Source of the DNA: Candidatus Poribacteria bacterium
GTDB taxonomy: Bacteria > Poribacteria > WGA-4E > WGA-3G
Direction of reading: 5' to 3'
DNA length: 59,321 bases
Assembly (NCBI GenBank): GCA_009843785.1
Contig: VYCT01000135.1
Coordinates: 1 to 59,321 of the forward strand
The notes beneath the pieces are model-generated. The model was not told the DNA's origin. It saw only the letters and a list, made by a program, of their open reading frames with translations, and searched no databases. Both the position numbers and the translations under genes were made by a program. This document shows positions 31,303 through 40,792 of the stretch, in pieces. Position 1 is the first letter of the stretch. Each line of letters begins with the position of its first letter.

Positions 31303-32567
31303 CCTCTTCAGAGGCAAAACTCCATGCTTTAGCTTGGAGATGTAGCCTCTGCTTCTTTGTATCTAAAGTTGATACGCTTCAGAACTTTGAAACTGTCTAA
31401 TTTCTGTTGTGGTCTTTGTTTTCCGGTTGTCATCTGTGTAAGGTTAATCTTACCGTTTTGGTGTCCGCTGATCCAGCAAAGCCCCCACTTCATACTTTTT
31501 ACCAATGTGCCTTTGGTAAATCCAAGGCACCTGGTGCCACCATACCTACTTCTGATACCGCCTTTTTTCGGCACTTCTCTGTGCAGGTTACGCCTTTGTA
31601 TAGGAATAGGTGATATACAAAATATATCAGTGTTATCCACAATCGGATCACCACCAAGCACATGATACGCCAAACACCAACTATCCACACAATGAGCATC
31701 AAAGGATTCAGCCGTCTTATCACTGGACTTCTTGAGTCCAAGATTTTCGCGAACATTCTTTGTTTCGTGTCCAACAAGTCTGGAAAGTTGCCACCGTTTT
31801 TCTATTTCGGAATAGAACCACTGCTTACCCACCTCAAGCGGACTAAACGACTGGTTCCATTTCTTCTGATACTGCTTCGTCCGTGCTTTAATATCTTCCA
31901 CGCATACGTGCGTGATTGGATATAGTCTCGAAAGCCAATCTAATATCCGCATCTTCCAGTCCCATCTTGCACGTGTGCCAGCAGGGATCCGGTGCCTATG
32001 AGACAGATTATGCTTCTTCTGTTTCCTGTTTGGACACTTCCGTGAACGCCTACCTCTCCGCAACTCACGCCTCTTAGCAACTTTCTTTGAAGTATGCGTA
32101 TGCGCATCCGCCTGAATATTCAGATATGTGTCAGCCTTAGATTTTACGGTGAAACCCTCTTTTTTACTGCCAGGATCCACACCAACACATATATCCTGTG
32201 TTTCTCTATCAGACGGTTCCTTGTTAAGACGGATACAATATATGCCGTTGTTCCAATAGGGCGTAGCCTCACCACGTTTGACCAACTTCCTGGCACGTGA
32301 AGCATGCATCGGCATGAGTTGTTGACCATCTTTCGTTTTGACAGGTACAAACATAAGTTTGTATTCTCCTTTTCAGGGTATATGTTACCCCATCGAGATC
32401 GCAATACCAGCGTTTACATAGGACTTGAGGAGCATCCTAAACACCTCTGCGTGCCACCACAAGATATTACGATGTATTACTCTATTCAGTGTGTTTACAA
32501 TCGCCCAACCTATAGACTCGGCTGCCGTATTGAACAATCTCCAGCCTTTAGGCTGGAGTCACTGAAC
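31303..32567 (-). mobile_element. Non-autonomous IS200/IS605-family element carrying isrB
   Basis: Subterminal hairpins CTCCATGC-TTTA-GCTTGGAG (31320-31339) and CTCCAGCC-TTTA-GGCTGGAG (32539-32558); TCAT motif at 31299-31302; no tnpA; exact ends inferred. Confidence 0.75.
31329..32354 (-). CDS. isrB: IsrB (OMEGA RNA-guided nickase; RRXRR/PLMP domain, RuvC, no HNH)
   Basis: QLMP N-terminus, RuvC-I VGVDPGS, Arg-rich bridge helix RRELRRGRRSR, RuvC-II VCVED, RuvC-III HCVD; 341 aa, no HNH segment. Confidence 0.85.
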   Translation of the reverse strand: MFVPVKTKDGQQLMPMHASRARKLVKRGEATPYWNNGIYCIRLNKEPSDRETQDICVGVDPGSKKEGFTVKSKADTYLNIQADAHTHTSKKVAKRRELRRGRRSRKCPNRKQKKHNLSHRHRIPAGTRARWDWKMRILDWLSRLYPITHVCVEDIKARTKQYQKKWNQSFSPLEVGKQWFYSEIEKRWQLSRLVGHETKNVRENLGLKKSSDKTAESFDAHCVDSWCLAYHVLGGDPIVDNTDIFCISPIPIQRRNLHREVPKKGGIRSRYGGTRCLGFTKGTLVKSMKWGLCWISGHQNGKINLTQMTTGKQRPQQKLDSFKVLKRINFRYKEAEATSPS

Positions 32568-32587
32568 CTATGGAGTTATAAATTATA
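32365..32587 (-). ncRNA. Predicted omegaRNA of IsrB (5' guide from flank plus about 200-nt scaffold)
   Basis: Non-coding structured region between the element end hairpin and the isrB start, where IscB/IsrB omegaRNAs lie; boundaries inferred. Confidence 0.6.
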
Positions 32588-32592
32588 AGTTA

Positions 32593-32816
32593 TACTAAAG
32601 TTTGGACAATTTTTCCGAAATAGACATGCCGCCCCTACGGGGCTTAGCCGCGTGGGGGGATGGCGTTTCTATAGACATACCGCCCCTACGGGGCTGCGAA
32701 TCGATGTATCCACGTTTATTTTTCTGCGAGTTGCGTTTGTGTAAGGAACTTTGAGAAAAATCAAAAGGGCTTGAAAAGCGGACATAAACCTGATTGAAGT
32801 TGTCCAAACTTTAGTA
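32593..32816. mobile_element. MITE family D with two internal REP-like units
   Basis: Perfect 17-bp TIR TACTAAAGTTTGGACAA / TTGTCCAAACTTTAGTA with AGTTA duplication; internal TAGACATRCCGCCCCTACGGGGCT x2. Confidence 0.8.
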
Positions 32817-32819
32817 AGT

Positions 32820-32942
32820 TATAGTAAAGCACGAAAATAAGTTGACACTCCATGATAACGTTGCCCCCTCGTAGAGGAAACTGGGTTACCCGGTTTCCCC
32901 TACGAGCAACCGCGTGTCCAAATAATTATGGGCTTTACTATA
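32820..32942. mobile_element. MITE family B, copy 2
   Basis: Same ends as 10216..10339 (TATAGTAAAGCACGAAAA ... GTCCAAATAATTATGGGCTTTACTATA) with a different internal GTAG hairpin. Confidence 0.8.
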
Positions 32943-33009
32943 AGAGGTGGACTTCAAAAGGAACGACTCTCCTCTTAACCAACAACTTATAACCAAAACT
33001 ATTAACTAT

Positions 33010-33198
33010 TTATGGGTTATCTGTTTTAAGAACGTTTTCTACCCGCTGCTCAGCATTTTCGAGCATCTCCCGACACGATGAGACCAAGCCGACACCTTCC
33101 TCAAAGAGTTTCAGAGAATCCTCAAGCGGCAGTTGGTTGCCCGCTTCAAGTTTATCAACGATCTCGGTCAGTTTTGCAAGTTTTTCTTCAAAGGTCAT
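33010..33198 (-). CDS. xseB: Exodeoxyribonuclease VII small subunit
   Basis: TFEEKL..L.EIV.KLE...LEDSLKLFEEG..L...C...LENAEQRV; downstream of xseA. Confidence 0.93.
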   Translation of the reverse strand: MTFEEKLAKLTEIVDKLEAGNQLPLEDSLKLFEEGVGLVSSCREMLENAEQRVENVLKTDNP

Positions 33199-33399
33199 AT
33201 TTTATCTCCATTGGAAAATAGTTGTCAGTTACCAGTTTCCGTCGGCAGTCGGTCTCCATCAGCAGTCAGAGGTCAGAAGTTTCTCATACCATTTTGAAAA
33301 AACGGTTCGTAGTAGCGCAATTTATTGCGCTTTGGACATTCGGAACCTTCATTGCGCTTCTAAATCTCTGAAATGCCCATTTATTTTTCAGATTAAGTC

Positions 33400-34635
33400 T
33401 TATCTTTGATGATCTTCGTCCAGAAATTCTTCAACCCGACAAGCGAGATGCCCCTCTACCAGCTGAACCTCGATTCTATCGCCAACAGATACCTGTCCAG
33501 CTGCAGTTAACACCTCACCATCTGTTTTTCGACTGATGCTATACCCCCGTTTCAACGTAGCTAACGGACTCAATGCGTCAAGCCGCTGGGCAAGTGTATG
33601 AAGTCTGTTTTCACTATCAGAAAGGGTACGTCCTACAGCCGATCGACACGCCACATCTAAGGTATCTACTGTTTGGTAAAGTTGGTAGATAGCGTCCTTA
33701 CGCTGCGTCGGTGCAAGTTGCGTCTCCAGTTCTTGAAGTCGTGTTGTGTTGCCATTCAATTGGTTCTGAATTGTTGCGCGCAGCCGCGCATCCAAAGCGT
33801 CTAATTGTGCGAAAAGTTCATCCTGATCTGGTACGATATGTCCCGCATGCGTAGGGGTCGAAGCTCGGTAATCCGCCACAAAATCCGCGATGGTGAAATC
33901 TGTTTCGTGTCCGACTGCAGAAACGACAGGGATTCTCGAATCGAAAATAGCACGTGCGACGCGTTCTTCGTTGAATGCCCAGAGGTCCTCAATGGAGCCA
34001 CCGCCGCGACCGATGATGAGTACATCTATGTCGTCTCGCTGATTCATCGCTTGTAGCGCGAAGGCTATCCCTTGTGCCGCGCCGTCACCTTGGACAAGCG
34101 TCGGATGTAGTAACACCTTAGCTAACGGGTAGCGTTCACGGAGTTGTCGGAGGATGTCCTGTATGGCTGCGCCTGTCTCTGACGTGACAACGCCGATCTG
34201 CCGCGGGTATCTTGGTAACGGCTTTTTGTAGAAGTCATCAAACAATCCTTCGTCTGCAAGGCGTTGCTTCAATTCTTCGTAGGCTCTTTGCAACGCCCCG
34301 ATACCAACCGGTTCCACGTTTCGACCAACAATCTGATATTGCCCCCTCGCGGAGTAGAGACTCAGCTGCCCTTGGACGATTACCTCCTCACCGTCTTTCG
34401 GTAAAAATTTGAGGCGGGTCGCATCACTCCGAAAAATGGCAACCGAGATCTGATGGTTCCCCTCTTTGAGCGTGAAATAGACATGGCCAGCACCGGAGCG
34501 ACTGTAATTGGATACTTCGCCCTGTACCCATACATTCTGAAATTCCGGTTGTTCGTCTATCAGTTGTTTCAGCAGGTTCGTTATTTCACTGACACTACGG
34601 ACAATTTTTGTGGGTATCGAAAATTCTAATTGCAT
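33400..34635 (-). CDS. xseA: Exodeoxyribonuclease VII large subunit
   Basis: VWVQGEVSN, GHVYFTLK, GRGGGSIEDLWAFN, SAVGHETD, LSPLATLKRGYSI. Confidence 0.95.
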   Translation of the reverse strand: MQLEFSIPTKIVRSVSEITNLLKQLIDEQPEFQNVWVQGEVSNYSRSGAGHVYFTLKEGNHQISVAIFRSDATRLKFLPKDGEEVIVQGQLSLYSARGQYQIVGRNVEPVGIGALQRAYEELKQRLADEGLFDDFYKKPLPRYPRQIGVVTSETGAAIQDILRQLRERYPLAKVLLHPTLVQGDGAAQGIAFALQAMNQRDDIDVLIIGRGGGSIEDLWAFNEERVARAIFDSRIPVVSAVGHETDFTIADFVADYRASTPTHAGHIVPDQDELFAQLDALDARLRATIQNQLNGNTTRLQELETQLAPTQRKDAIYQLYQTVDTLDVACRSAVGRTLSDSENRLHTLAQRLDALSPLATLKRGYSISRKTDGEVLTAAGQVSVGDRIEVQLVEGHLACRVEEFLDEDHQR

Positions 34636-34646
34636 ATTAGTACTTA

Positions 34647-34751
34647 GCCATTGGCTATCAGCGGATTAGCCATCAGCGATCAGTTTTAAGAGGTTTTTGT
34701 TTACTAATCCCTCTTCTTGCTGATGGCTGACAGCCGACAGCCGTCGGCTAC
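34647..34751. repeat. Family A repeat, GCYRTCA-heptamer variant
   Basis: GCTATCA/GCCATCA/GCGATCA-GTTTTAAGAGG ... CCTCTT-(CTGATGG CTGACAG CCGACAG). Confidence 0.7.
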
Positions 34752-35528
34752 TCAATATTGCGCTTGCAGCGGCACGATGCTCACGGCTAACCCTGTTTTT
34801 TCGTCTAATTCAATCTCAGCACCGCAAAGTTTCACATTGCCTTTAGCAACGGTGAAGCGCGTCGGCATCATCGTCAAAAACCGTTCAAGTACAAGATCTA
34901 TGCGGGTACCAATCACCGAATCGTAAGGACCCGTCATACCGACATCCGTAATATAAGCCGTGCCTTGTGGCAGGACGCGCGCATCCGCTGTTGGCACATG
35001 TGTGTGCGTCCCAATCACCGCGCCGACGCGACCATCCGCGTGCCAACCCATCGCGATTTTCTCGGAGGTCGCTTCCGCATGAAAGTCGAGAAGGATATAT
35101 GGTGTCACCGCTTTGACTTCAGGTAAAATAGTGTTGAGCGCGTGAAACGGGTTGGTGTATGGACTCATGAAAATCTGTCCGGCAAGGTTGATAACACCGA
35201 GTTGTGTTTGTCCATCTGCGGAGGCAACAATGGTCACACCGCGCCCGGCTACCTCAGTCGGATAGTTCGCGGGCCGTATCAGCTGCGGTGTTGTTTCTAT
35301 AAAACGGAAAATCTCTCTGTTATCCCAGACGTGGTTGCCAGTTGTAATCGCGGAGACACCTGATGCCAAAAGTTGATCAACAATATCAAACGTTAACCCT
35401 TTCCCGCCTGCCGCGTTCTCTCCGTTAGCAACAATGAAATCGTATTTGTCCCGATGCGCTTCCAGAAATTTTGTTGTTGCCGCTCTACCCGGATTTCCGA
35501 CTATATCTCCAATAAACAGTATCTTCAT
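34752..35528 (-). CDS. ymdB: YmdB-family metallophosphoesterase
   Basis: ILFIGDIVG, ANGENAAGG, TGNHVWD, DFHAEATSEK, GTHTHVPT, ITDVGMTG. Confidence 0.92.
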   Translation of the reverse strand: MKILFIGDIVGNPGRAATTKFLEAHRDKYDFIVANGENAAGGKGLTFDIVDQLLASGVSAITTGNHVWDNREIFRFIETTPQLIRPANYPTEVAGRGVTIVASADGQTQLGVINLAGQIFMSPYTNPFHALNTILPEVKAVTPYILLDFHAEATSEKIAMGWHADGRVGAVIGTHTHVPTADARVLPQGTAYITDVGMTGPYDSVIGTRIDLVLERFLTMMPTRFTVAKGNVKLCGAEIELDEKTGLAVSIVPLQAQY

Positions 35529-35612
35529 TTTCCCTTTATCACTTTCGTATTGGCTATCAGTTATCAGCCATCGGCTGTCAGTAAGAGGTTGTTGGTTAAA
35601 CTAAACCGCTCT

Positions 35613-36158
35613 TTACTTATAACAGGTTTCTCTTTCGCTAACTGCTTCTAATTCCGCAAGCGTGAAAACGGATGCGAATGAACATCCGAGTTCCTTAATT
35701 TTTGCTTCACCGCCTGCTTGCCGATCAATGACCGCTACAACATCTTCCACTATATACCCTTCTGCGCGAATCTGTTCAATCGATGTACAGACCTGGCCCG
35801 CCGTCGTAATCACATCTTCTATCACGACAAGTCTGCTATCCGCCTTAACACCGCCCTCTATAAGATTACAGGTGCCATAAGTCTTCGCTTCTTTGCGGAC
35901 GTAAAAGCACGGGATTCCTGTTTGCAGCGAAAGTGCTGTTGCGAGCGGGATGCCGCCTAATTCCAGACCTGCTAAACCATCACAGTCCGACGGGAGCAAT
36001 TTCGCCATCTCTGCGGCGATTGTGGTAAGCAGTGCAGGGTCACTCTCGAATCGGTATTTATCCCAGTAGAAGTTGCTGATATTCCCTGAACGGAGTTTGA
36101 ATTCACCCGTGAGATACGAAGCCTCACGCATCTGTTTTGCGAGTTCTGTTTTTGTCAT
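35613..36158 (-). CDS. pyrE: Orotate phosphoribosyltransferase
   Basis: GEFKLRSG, VRKEAKTYG, PRPP motif VVIEDVITTAG. Confidence 0.9.
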   Translation of the reverse strand: MTKTELAKQMREASYLTGEFKLRSGNISNFYWDKYRFESDPALLTTIAAEMAKLLPSDCDGLAGLELGGIPLATALSLQTGIPCFYVRKEAKTYGTCNLIEGGVKADSRLVVIEDVITTAGQVCTSIEQIRAEGYIVEDVVAVIDRQAGGEAKIKELGCSFASVFTLAELEAVSERETCYK

Positions 36159-36180
36159 TGTTAGTTTTCAGTTATAACTA

Positions 36181-37224
36181 TTAAAACACCTCAATGTGTG
36201 CGGCTTCTCCCGCTACGACTTCTCCAATAACAGCGGCTTCCGGACAGTCGGCAGCACGGAGTTCTGCTACCGCCGCATCTGCATTCTCGGCAGAAAGTGA
36301 AAACAGCAAACCGCCAGACGTTTCCGCTTCCATCAGGATATGACGCATCGCTTCGCTATCCGTGTGGAACGTGACTTTGTCGGCAAGGAACGTCATATTC
36401 GCAAGATAGGCTTGCGTGTAAGTATCCTGTGCGACGAGGGCGGGGGCATCTTCAAAGTAAGGCACGGCTTTGCTATCTATCTTAAGGTGGGCATCATTGC
36501 CCGCCGCCATCTCCGACGCGTGTCCTAACAACCCGTATCCTGTGACATCTGTGCAAGCACTTGCACCATACTTCAGCATCACCGTCGATGCAGAAGCATT
36601 GAGCCGAGTCATCGATTCAACGAGTTGCGGTAGCACCGCATCGCTGATCTTATCGAATTTCAAGCCTGTCGTGAGGATACCGATACCGAGGTTTTTGGTT
36701 AAAATGAGGACATCCCCCGGACGCGCCCCGTAATTCTTGACGAATTTCTCTGGATGCACGATACCGGTTACGGAGAGTCCGTACATCAATTCTGGCGCAT
36801 CTACCGTATGCCCACCGACAAGCGCAGCCCCGGCTTCAATCGCTTTTTCAGTGCCACCTCTGACAATATCACCGAGTATTGAGAGCGCTAAGTCGGCTTT
36901 GGGCCAGCAGGTGATATTCAACGCCGTTTTCGGAACGCCGCCCATACTGTAGACATCGCTCAGTGAGTTCGTCGCGGCGATTGCACCGAATGTGTACGGG
37001 TCGTCAACGATGGGTGTGAAATAGTCAACCGTGTTGACGAGTGCGAGGTCGTCAGAGATGCGGTAAATTCCGGCATCGTCAGAGGTTTCCGTCCCAACAA
37101 GGAGGTTCGGGTCGGTGGATTTCGGGATGTTATCTAAAATGTGCGCGAGCTCCCCCGGAGCCAGTTTGGACGCTCACCCAGCGCACTTCACGGTCGCAGT
37201 TAAACGGATCTTCTGTTGTGTCAT
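36181..37224 (-). CDS. selD: Selenophosphate synthetase SelD, selenoprotein (UGA codon 17 at 37174-37176)
   Basis: Extending ORF 36181..36945 upstream gives MTQQKIRLTATVKCAG-U-ASKLAPGEL...SDDAG...TVDYFTPIVDDPY...NSLSDVYSMGG; 347 aa; GGHT, TDVTGYGL and ETSGGLL motifs; GCUCC-GGG-GGAGC hairpin just 3' of UGA. Confidence 0.92.
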
Positions 37225-37230
37225 AATAGA

Positions 37231-37267
37231 GTTGTCAGTTTTCGGTTGTCAGTTGTCAGTTAAGAGG
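37231..37267. repeat. Family A half element supplying the stop codon of the upstream gene
   Basis: GTTGTCA GTTTTCG GTTGTCA GTTGTCA GTTAAGAGG; TAA at 37260-37262 (minus) lies in the core. Confidence 0.7.
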
Positions 37268-38168
37268 TTTCCTGTAGATCCTCCAAAACAGATTTCACGT
37301 ACGCCACGCTCCGTCCATCTTGATGGAACTGGTCCCCATCGCGGATACCCTCGATCGCCAAATAGCCGTCGTAGCCAGCATCCAGCACCGCCGCGATCGC
37401 AAAGCGGTAGTCGATCTCACCATCGGGCAGCGGGGTCTGGACGTAGATAGCCGTCTCTAAATCTGGGATATGTACCCGATAGAGGCTCTTGCAATGCCAA
37501 TAGTTGACATGCGGTGCAACCGCTGTGATTGCGGCTTCGCACGTCTCTTCTGGGATGTCGTAAGTCCAGTAGATATTACCTAAATCCGGATTTATCCCAA
37601 CGTTCGACGCGTCGATTAACGCTAACAGCCGTAGCGTTGACGCACTGTTGTCTGCTATTGAATTTTGATGGATTTCTATGGAGATCTCGACACCCAGATC
37701 CGCGGCGATAACCGCCACTTCACTCACGGCACTCGCAGTGCGCACGTAATCTTCAGCATTCGCTTGACGGCTTGAGCCCTGCGAGACGGATTCGCCACGA
37801 TACGTGCCTTTTCCACCCGGATCGTCCGGAGGTGTGGTGACTGTGGAATTAACAATATCCGCTCCCATCTTCGCCGCGAAGTGGACGGCATCCACCATCC
37901 GTTGTTTGTTCGCTGCAGCGACTTGTGGATCCCTCGCAGCACCACCACCGCCGCGAATCGCAACACATGGCATACCTGCATCTTCGAGTTCTGAACGGAA
38001 TGTTTCGATTTCAGCGTCAGACAGGTTCATTCCAGGAAGTTCAATCCCGTCGAAGCCGATCTTTTTGGCATGTTCCAAAAACCGTTGGCGATCTGCCGGA
38101 TCGGTCGGTAATCCGCCGCCGTTATACGGATACGAGGCACATCGTCTAAAAGCGTATGCAATTTTCAT
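37260..38168 (-). CDS. Sugar phosphate isomerase/epimerase (xylose isomerase-like TIM barrel)
   Basis: GFDGIEL, IEIH, NPDLGN, WHCK, GYDGYLAIE motifs. Confidence 0.85.
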   Translation of the reverse strand: MKIAYAFRRCASYPYNGGGLPTDPADRQRFLEHAKKIGFDGIELPGMNLSDAEIETFRSELEDAGMPCVAIRGGGGAARDPQVAAANKQRMVDAVHFAAKMGADIVNSTVTTPPDDPGGKGTYRGESVSQGSSRQANAEDYVRTASAVSEVAVIAADLGVEISIEIHQNSIADNSASTLRLLALIDASNVGINPDLGNIYWTYDIPEETCEAAITAVAPHVNYWHCKSLYRVHIPDLETAIYVQTPLPDGEIDYRFAIAAVLDAGYDGYLAIEGIRDGDQFHQDGRSVAYVKSVLEDLQETS

Positions 38169-38845
38169 TCAACTGCTCCTTCAAATAAATAGGCTACAGC
38201 CTGCTGGAACTCTTCAAAGAGTTGAGGGTTTATAACCTCAATTGGCGTCTGCTGAGGTGTAATGTCTTGGACATCGGATTCGGTGTTTGCACGACGCTCC
38301 TGTGTAGATAGTTTAGCATACACCCCGCTTTTTTGTAAAGCAGCATCCCGGTCTGCGATCGCGCCCAGAACGCTCCGATAATACCACGCTTGATCTTCGA
38401 CGCCCCCGTGAAACCGATCCCACACTGCATCACCGATGAGATCGTATTCTGAAATGATCGTCCGTAGGTTGTGAAGTTTGTCAGCACACGTCACAACGCA
38501 GACTTCCGGGCTGGCACTTCTTAACGCCTCAATCCGTTCCGTTTTACGGGCACGCCACCGCAACGCTTTGTTCTCTGAACAGCCGTCAACGATATTGGCG
38601 ATAGCAGCGCCAAAACGTTCTCGAATGAATTCCAACGTCAGATCGGTATCCTCGACCGTATCGTGCAAGATACCGGCAATAATTACTGCCTCAGGGCATC
38701 CCGCTTCCATTAAGATGAGTCCGACAGCATAAGGGTGTGTAATGTAAGGCGTATCGGTGCCTTTCCGATACTGACCTTGATGGGCTTCGGCGGCGATCTC
38801 TATCGCTTCTTCGATCTGATTTTTCCCAGTACCATTCTGCGTCAT
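38165..38845 (-). CDS. HD-domain protein, small alarmone hydrolase (Mesh1/RelA-SpoT HD)-like
   Basis: AHQGQYRK..PYITHP, AGILHDTVED, ADKLHN. Confidence 0.85.
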   Translation of the reverse strand: MTQNGTGKNQIEEAIEIAAEAHQGQYRKGTDTPYITHPYAVGLILMEAGCPEAVIIAGILHDTVEDTDLTLEFIRERFGAAIANIVDGCSENKALRWRARKTERIEALRSASPEVCVVTCADKLHNLRTIISEYDLIGDAVWDRFHGGVEDQAWYYRSVLGAIADRDAALQKSGVYAKLSTQERRANTESDVQDITPQQTPIEVINPQLFEEFQQAVAYLFEGAVE

Positions 38846-38960
38846 ACTTCCACTACAAAAATACAGGTCCTACAGACCAAACCTTGGTAGAAAATTAAAG
38901 ACTTAAACATTCTTAAATGATACACTAATTCCAGTGTAACAGTCAAGATATTTTTGGAAT

Positions 38961-39121
38961 AGTACTCAGTTGTCAGTACGATTTTTCTGCGAAAAATCTT
39001 TCAGTTTTCAGTTTTAGGAGTTTCCAGTTACCAGTTTTCAGAAAAGAGGGTCGTGATTAACAAAATCCCTTCTTAACTGGTCACTGGTTACTGGTCACTG
39101 GTTACTGATACACTGACAACT
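38961..39121. repeat. Family A repeat between divergent genes
   Basis: CAGTACGATTTTTCTGCGAAAAATCTTTCA..(GTTWYCA)n..AAGAGGG ... CCCTTCTTAAC (TGGTCAC/TGGTTAC)n TGACAAC. Confidence 0.75.
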
Positions 39122-39139
39122 ACTCACAAGGAAAACACT

Positions 39140-40594
39140 ATGACAACAATTGCTATCGGTGGCATCATGCATGAATCCAATACATTTAGTGAGACATCCA
39201 CCGACTTCGCCGCGTTTTCGCAAACCTTTGCTCGAAATCTGGTCAATCTCTGGGGCGAATCCCATCACGAAATGGGTGGGTTTATTCAAGGGGCAACAGA
39301 CTACAACTACACGGCTTACCCTACGCTCATGACTTCGGCAACACCGGCAGGACGCGTAACAGATGACGCTTTTGACCGATTCACCGAGATGTTAATCCAG
39401 CACCTCAAAGCCGCCCCCAAACATGAAGGACTCCTCCTCGCACTCCACGGCGCAATGGTCGTGGAGAGTTATCCCGACGGTGATGGCGAAGTCTTACGCC
39501 GACTCCGAGATGCATTTGGTCGGGATTTCCCGATTGTCGTTACGCTCGACCAGCACGCCAATGTTTCCGAACAGATGGTCGCTGAATCGACTGCACTCGT
39601 GATTTACAAGACAACGCCGCATATCGATCAACGCCAACGCGGACTACAGGCAGCAGAACTCATGATGCGGATACTCGGGGGCGATGTTACGCCGACACAA
39701 GCACTCGCTAAACCGCCGATGCTCCTGAATATCTTGTATCATAACACCAGCGTGCCACCGATGGAGCCTATCCTCACAGCAGCGAAACAACTCGAAGCGC
39801 GTCCAGATGTCCCGGTCGCGAACGTTGCATTGGGGTACCCTTACGCTGATATCCATGAAATCGGTCCCTCCTTTGTCGTCGTCACGGACGATAACCCACA
39901 ACTCGCACAGACGGAAGCCGATCGGTTATCCGATATGTTGTGGAACGTCCACGAACAACTCACACTCGATCTCCCGGATGCTGCAGAGGCAGTCGCGCAA
40001 GCCGTCCAGTCTGAGCAGCACCCTGTTATTCTGGTCGAGATGGGGGACAACATCGGCGGCGGTTCACCGGGGGATAGCACTTTCGTTTTGGCGGAGTTGC
40101 AACGACAAGGCGCATCGGGGTTCGTCGTTGTGCTCTATGACCCTGCCGCTGTGCAAAGTTGTATTCAAGCGGGTGTCGGGGCAGAGGTCGCTTTAGAGGT
40201 CGGCGGGAAAGCGGATAATTTGCACGGTGACCCTGTCGCAATTCAGGGCAAGGTACGTCTGATCCATGACGGACAATTTATTGAGACGCAACCGCGGCAC
40301 GGCGGGCAGCGATACCACAATCAGGGCGTGACGACTGTCGTTGCTGTGGGGGATTCTCTCGTCGTGCTAACAAGTAGACGGCAGACGCCATTTAGTCTCC
40401 AGCAGTTGTTAAGTCTCGGCATCAATCCGACTGAGATGCGGATGATTGTCGTCAAAGCCGCGGTCGCCTACCGTGCTGCCTATGAACCCATCGCAGGACA
40501 GATTATTGAGGTAGACACACCCGGATTGACCGCAGTGAACCCGTTACATTTTGAATATCACAACGTCCGCCGACCACTATTCCCGTTAGATTGA
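39140..40594 (+). CDS. M81 family metallopeptidase (MlrC-like)
   Basis: HESNTFS, LALHGAM, TLDQHAN, PHID, GDNIGGG, IVVK motifs. Confidence 0.9.
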   Translation: MTTIAIGGIMHESNTFSETSTDFAAFSQTFARNLVNLWGESHHEMGGFIQGATDYNYTAYPTLMTSATPAGRVTDDAFDRFTEMLIQHLKAAPKHEGLLLALHGAMVVESYPDGDGEVLRRLRDAFGRDFPIVVTLDQHANVSEQMVAESTALVIYKTTPHIDQRQRGLQAAELMMRILGGDVTPTQALAKPPMLLNILYHNTSVPPMEPILTAAKQLEARPDVPVANVALGYPYADIHEIGPSFVVVTDDNPQLAQTEADRLSDMLWNVHEQLTLDLPDAAEAVAQAVQSEQHPVILVEMGDNIGGGSPGDSTFVLAELQRQGASGFVVVLYDPAAVQSCIQAGVGAEVALEVGGKADNLHGDPVAIQGKVRLIHDGQFIETQPRHGGQRYHNQGVTTVVAVGDSLVVLTSRRQTPFSLQQLLSLGINPTEMRMIVVKAAVAYRAAYEPIAGQIIEVDTPGLTAVNPLHFEYHNVRRPLFPLD

Positions 40595-40792
40595 ACCATT
40601 TGATCTTGTTGGTGATCTGTGGTATAATTCTATTTATCGTAAAACCAACAATTAAACAGACACTTTTCTTTAACAGAGGACGGTTCGTAGGGGGTTTTTG
40701 CTTGGGTGTTTCTTCAAGGTCCCCTCGTCCGTTTTCCAAAATGTGTCTTATTATTTTTAGAGGTCACTATAAATTGATTGATGGAGGGAATT

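Noticed and set aside
31329-32354. Cas9 or IscB call
   Set aside because: Too short, no HNH between RuvC-II and RuvC-III, and no CRISPR array; fits IsrB.
32595-32807. 70-aa ORF with repeated PRRGGMSI
   Set aside because: Coincides with MITE D; the peptide repeat is just the translated REP doublet.
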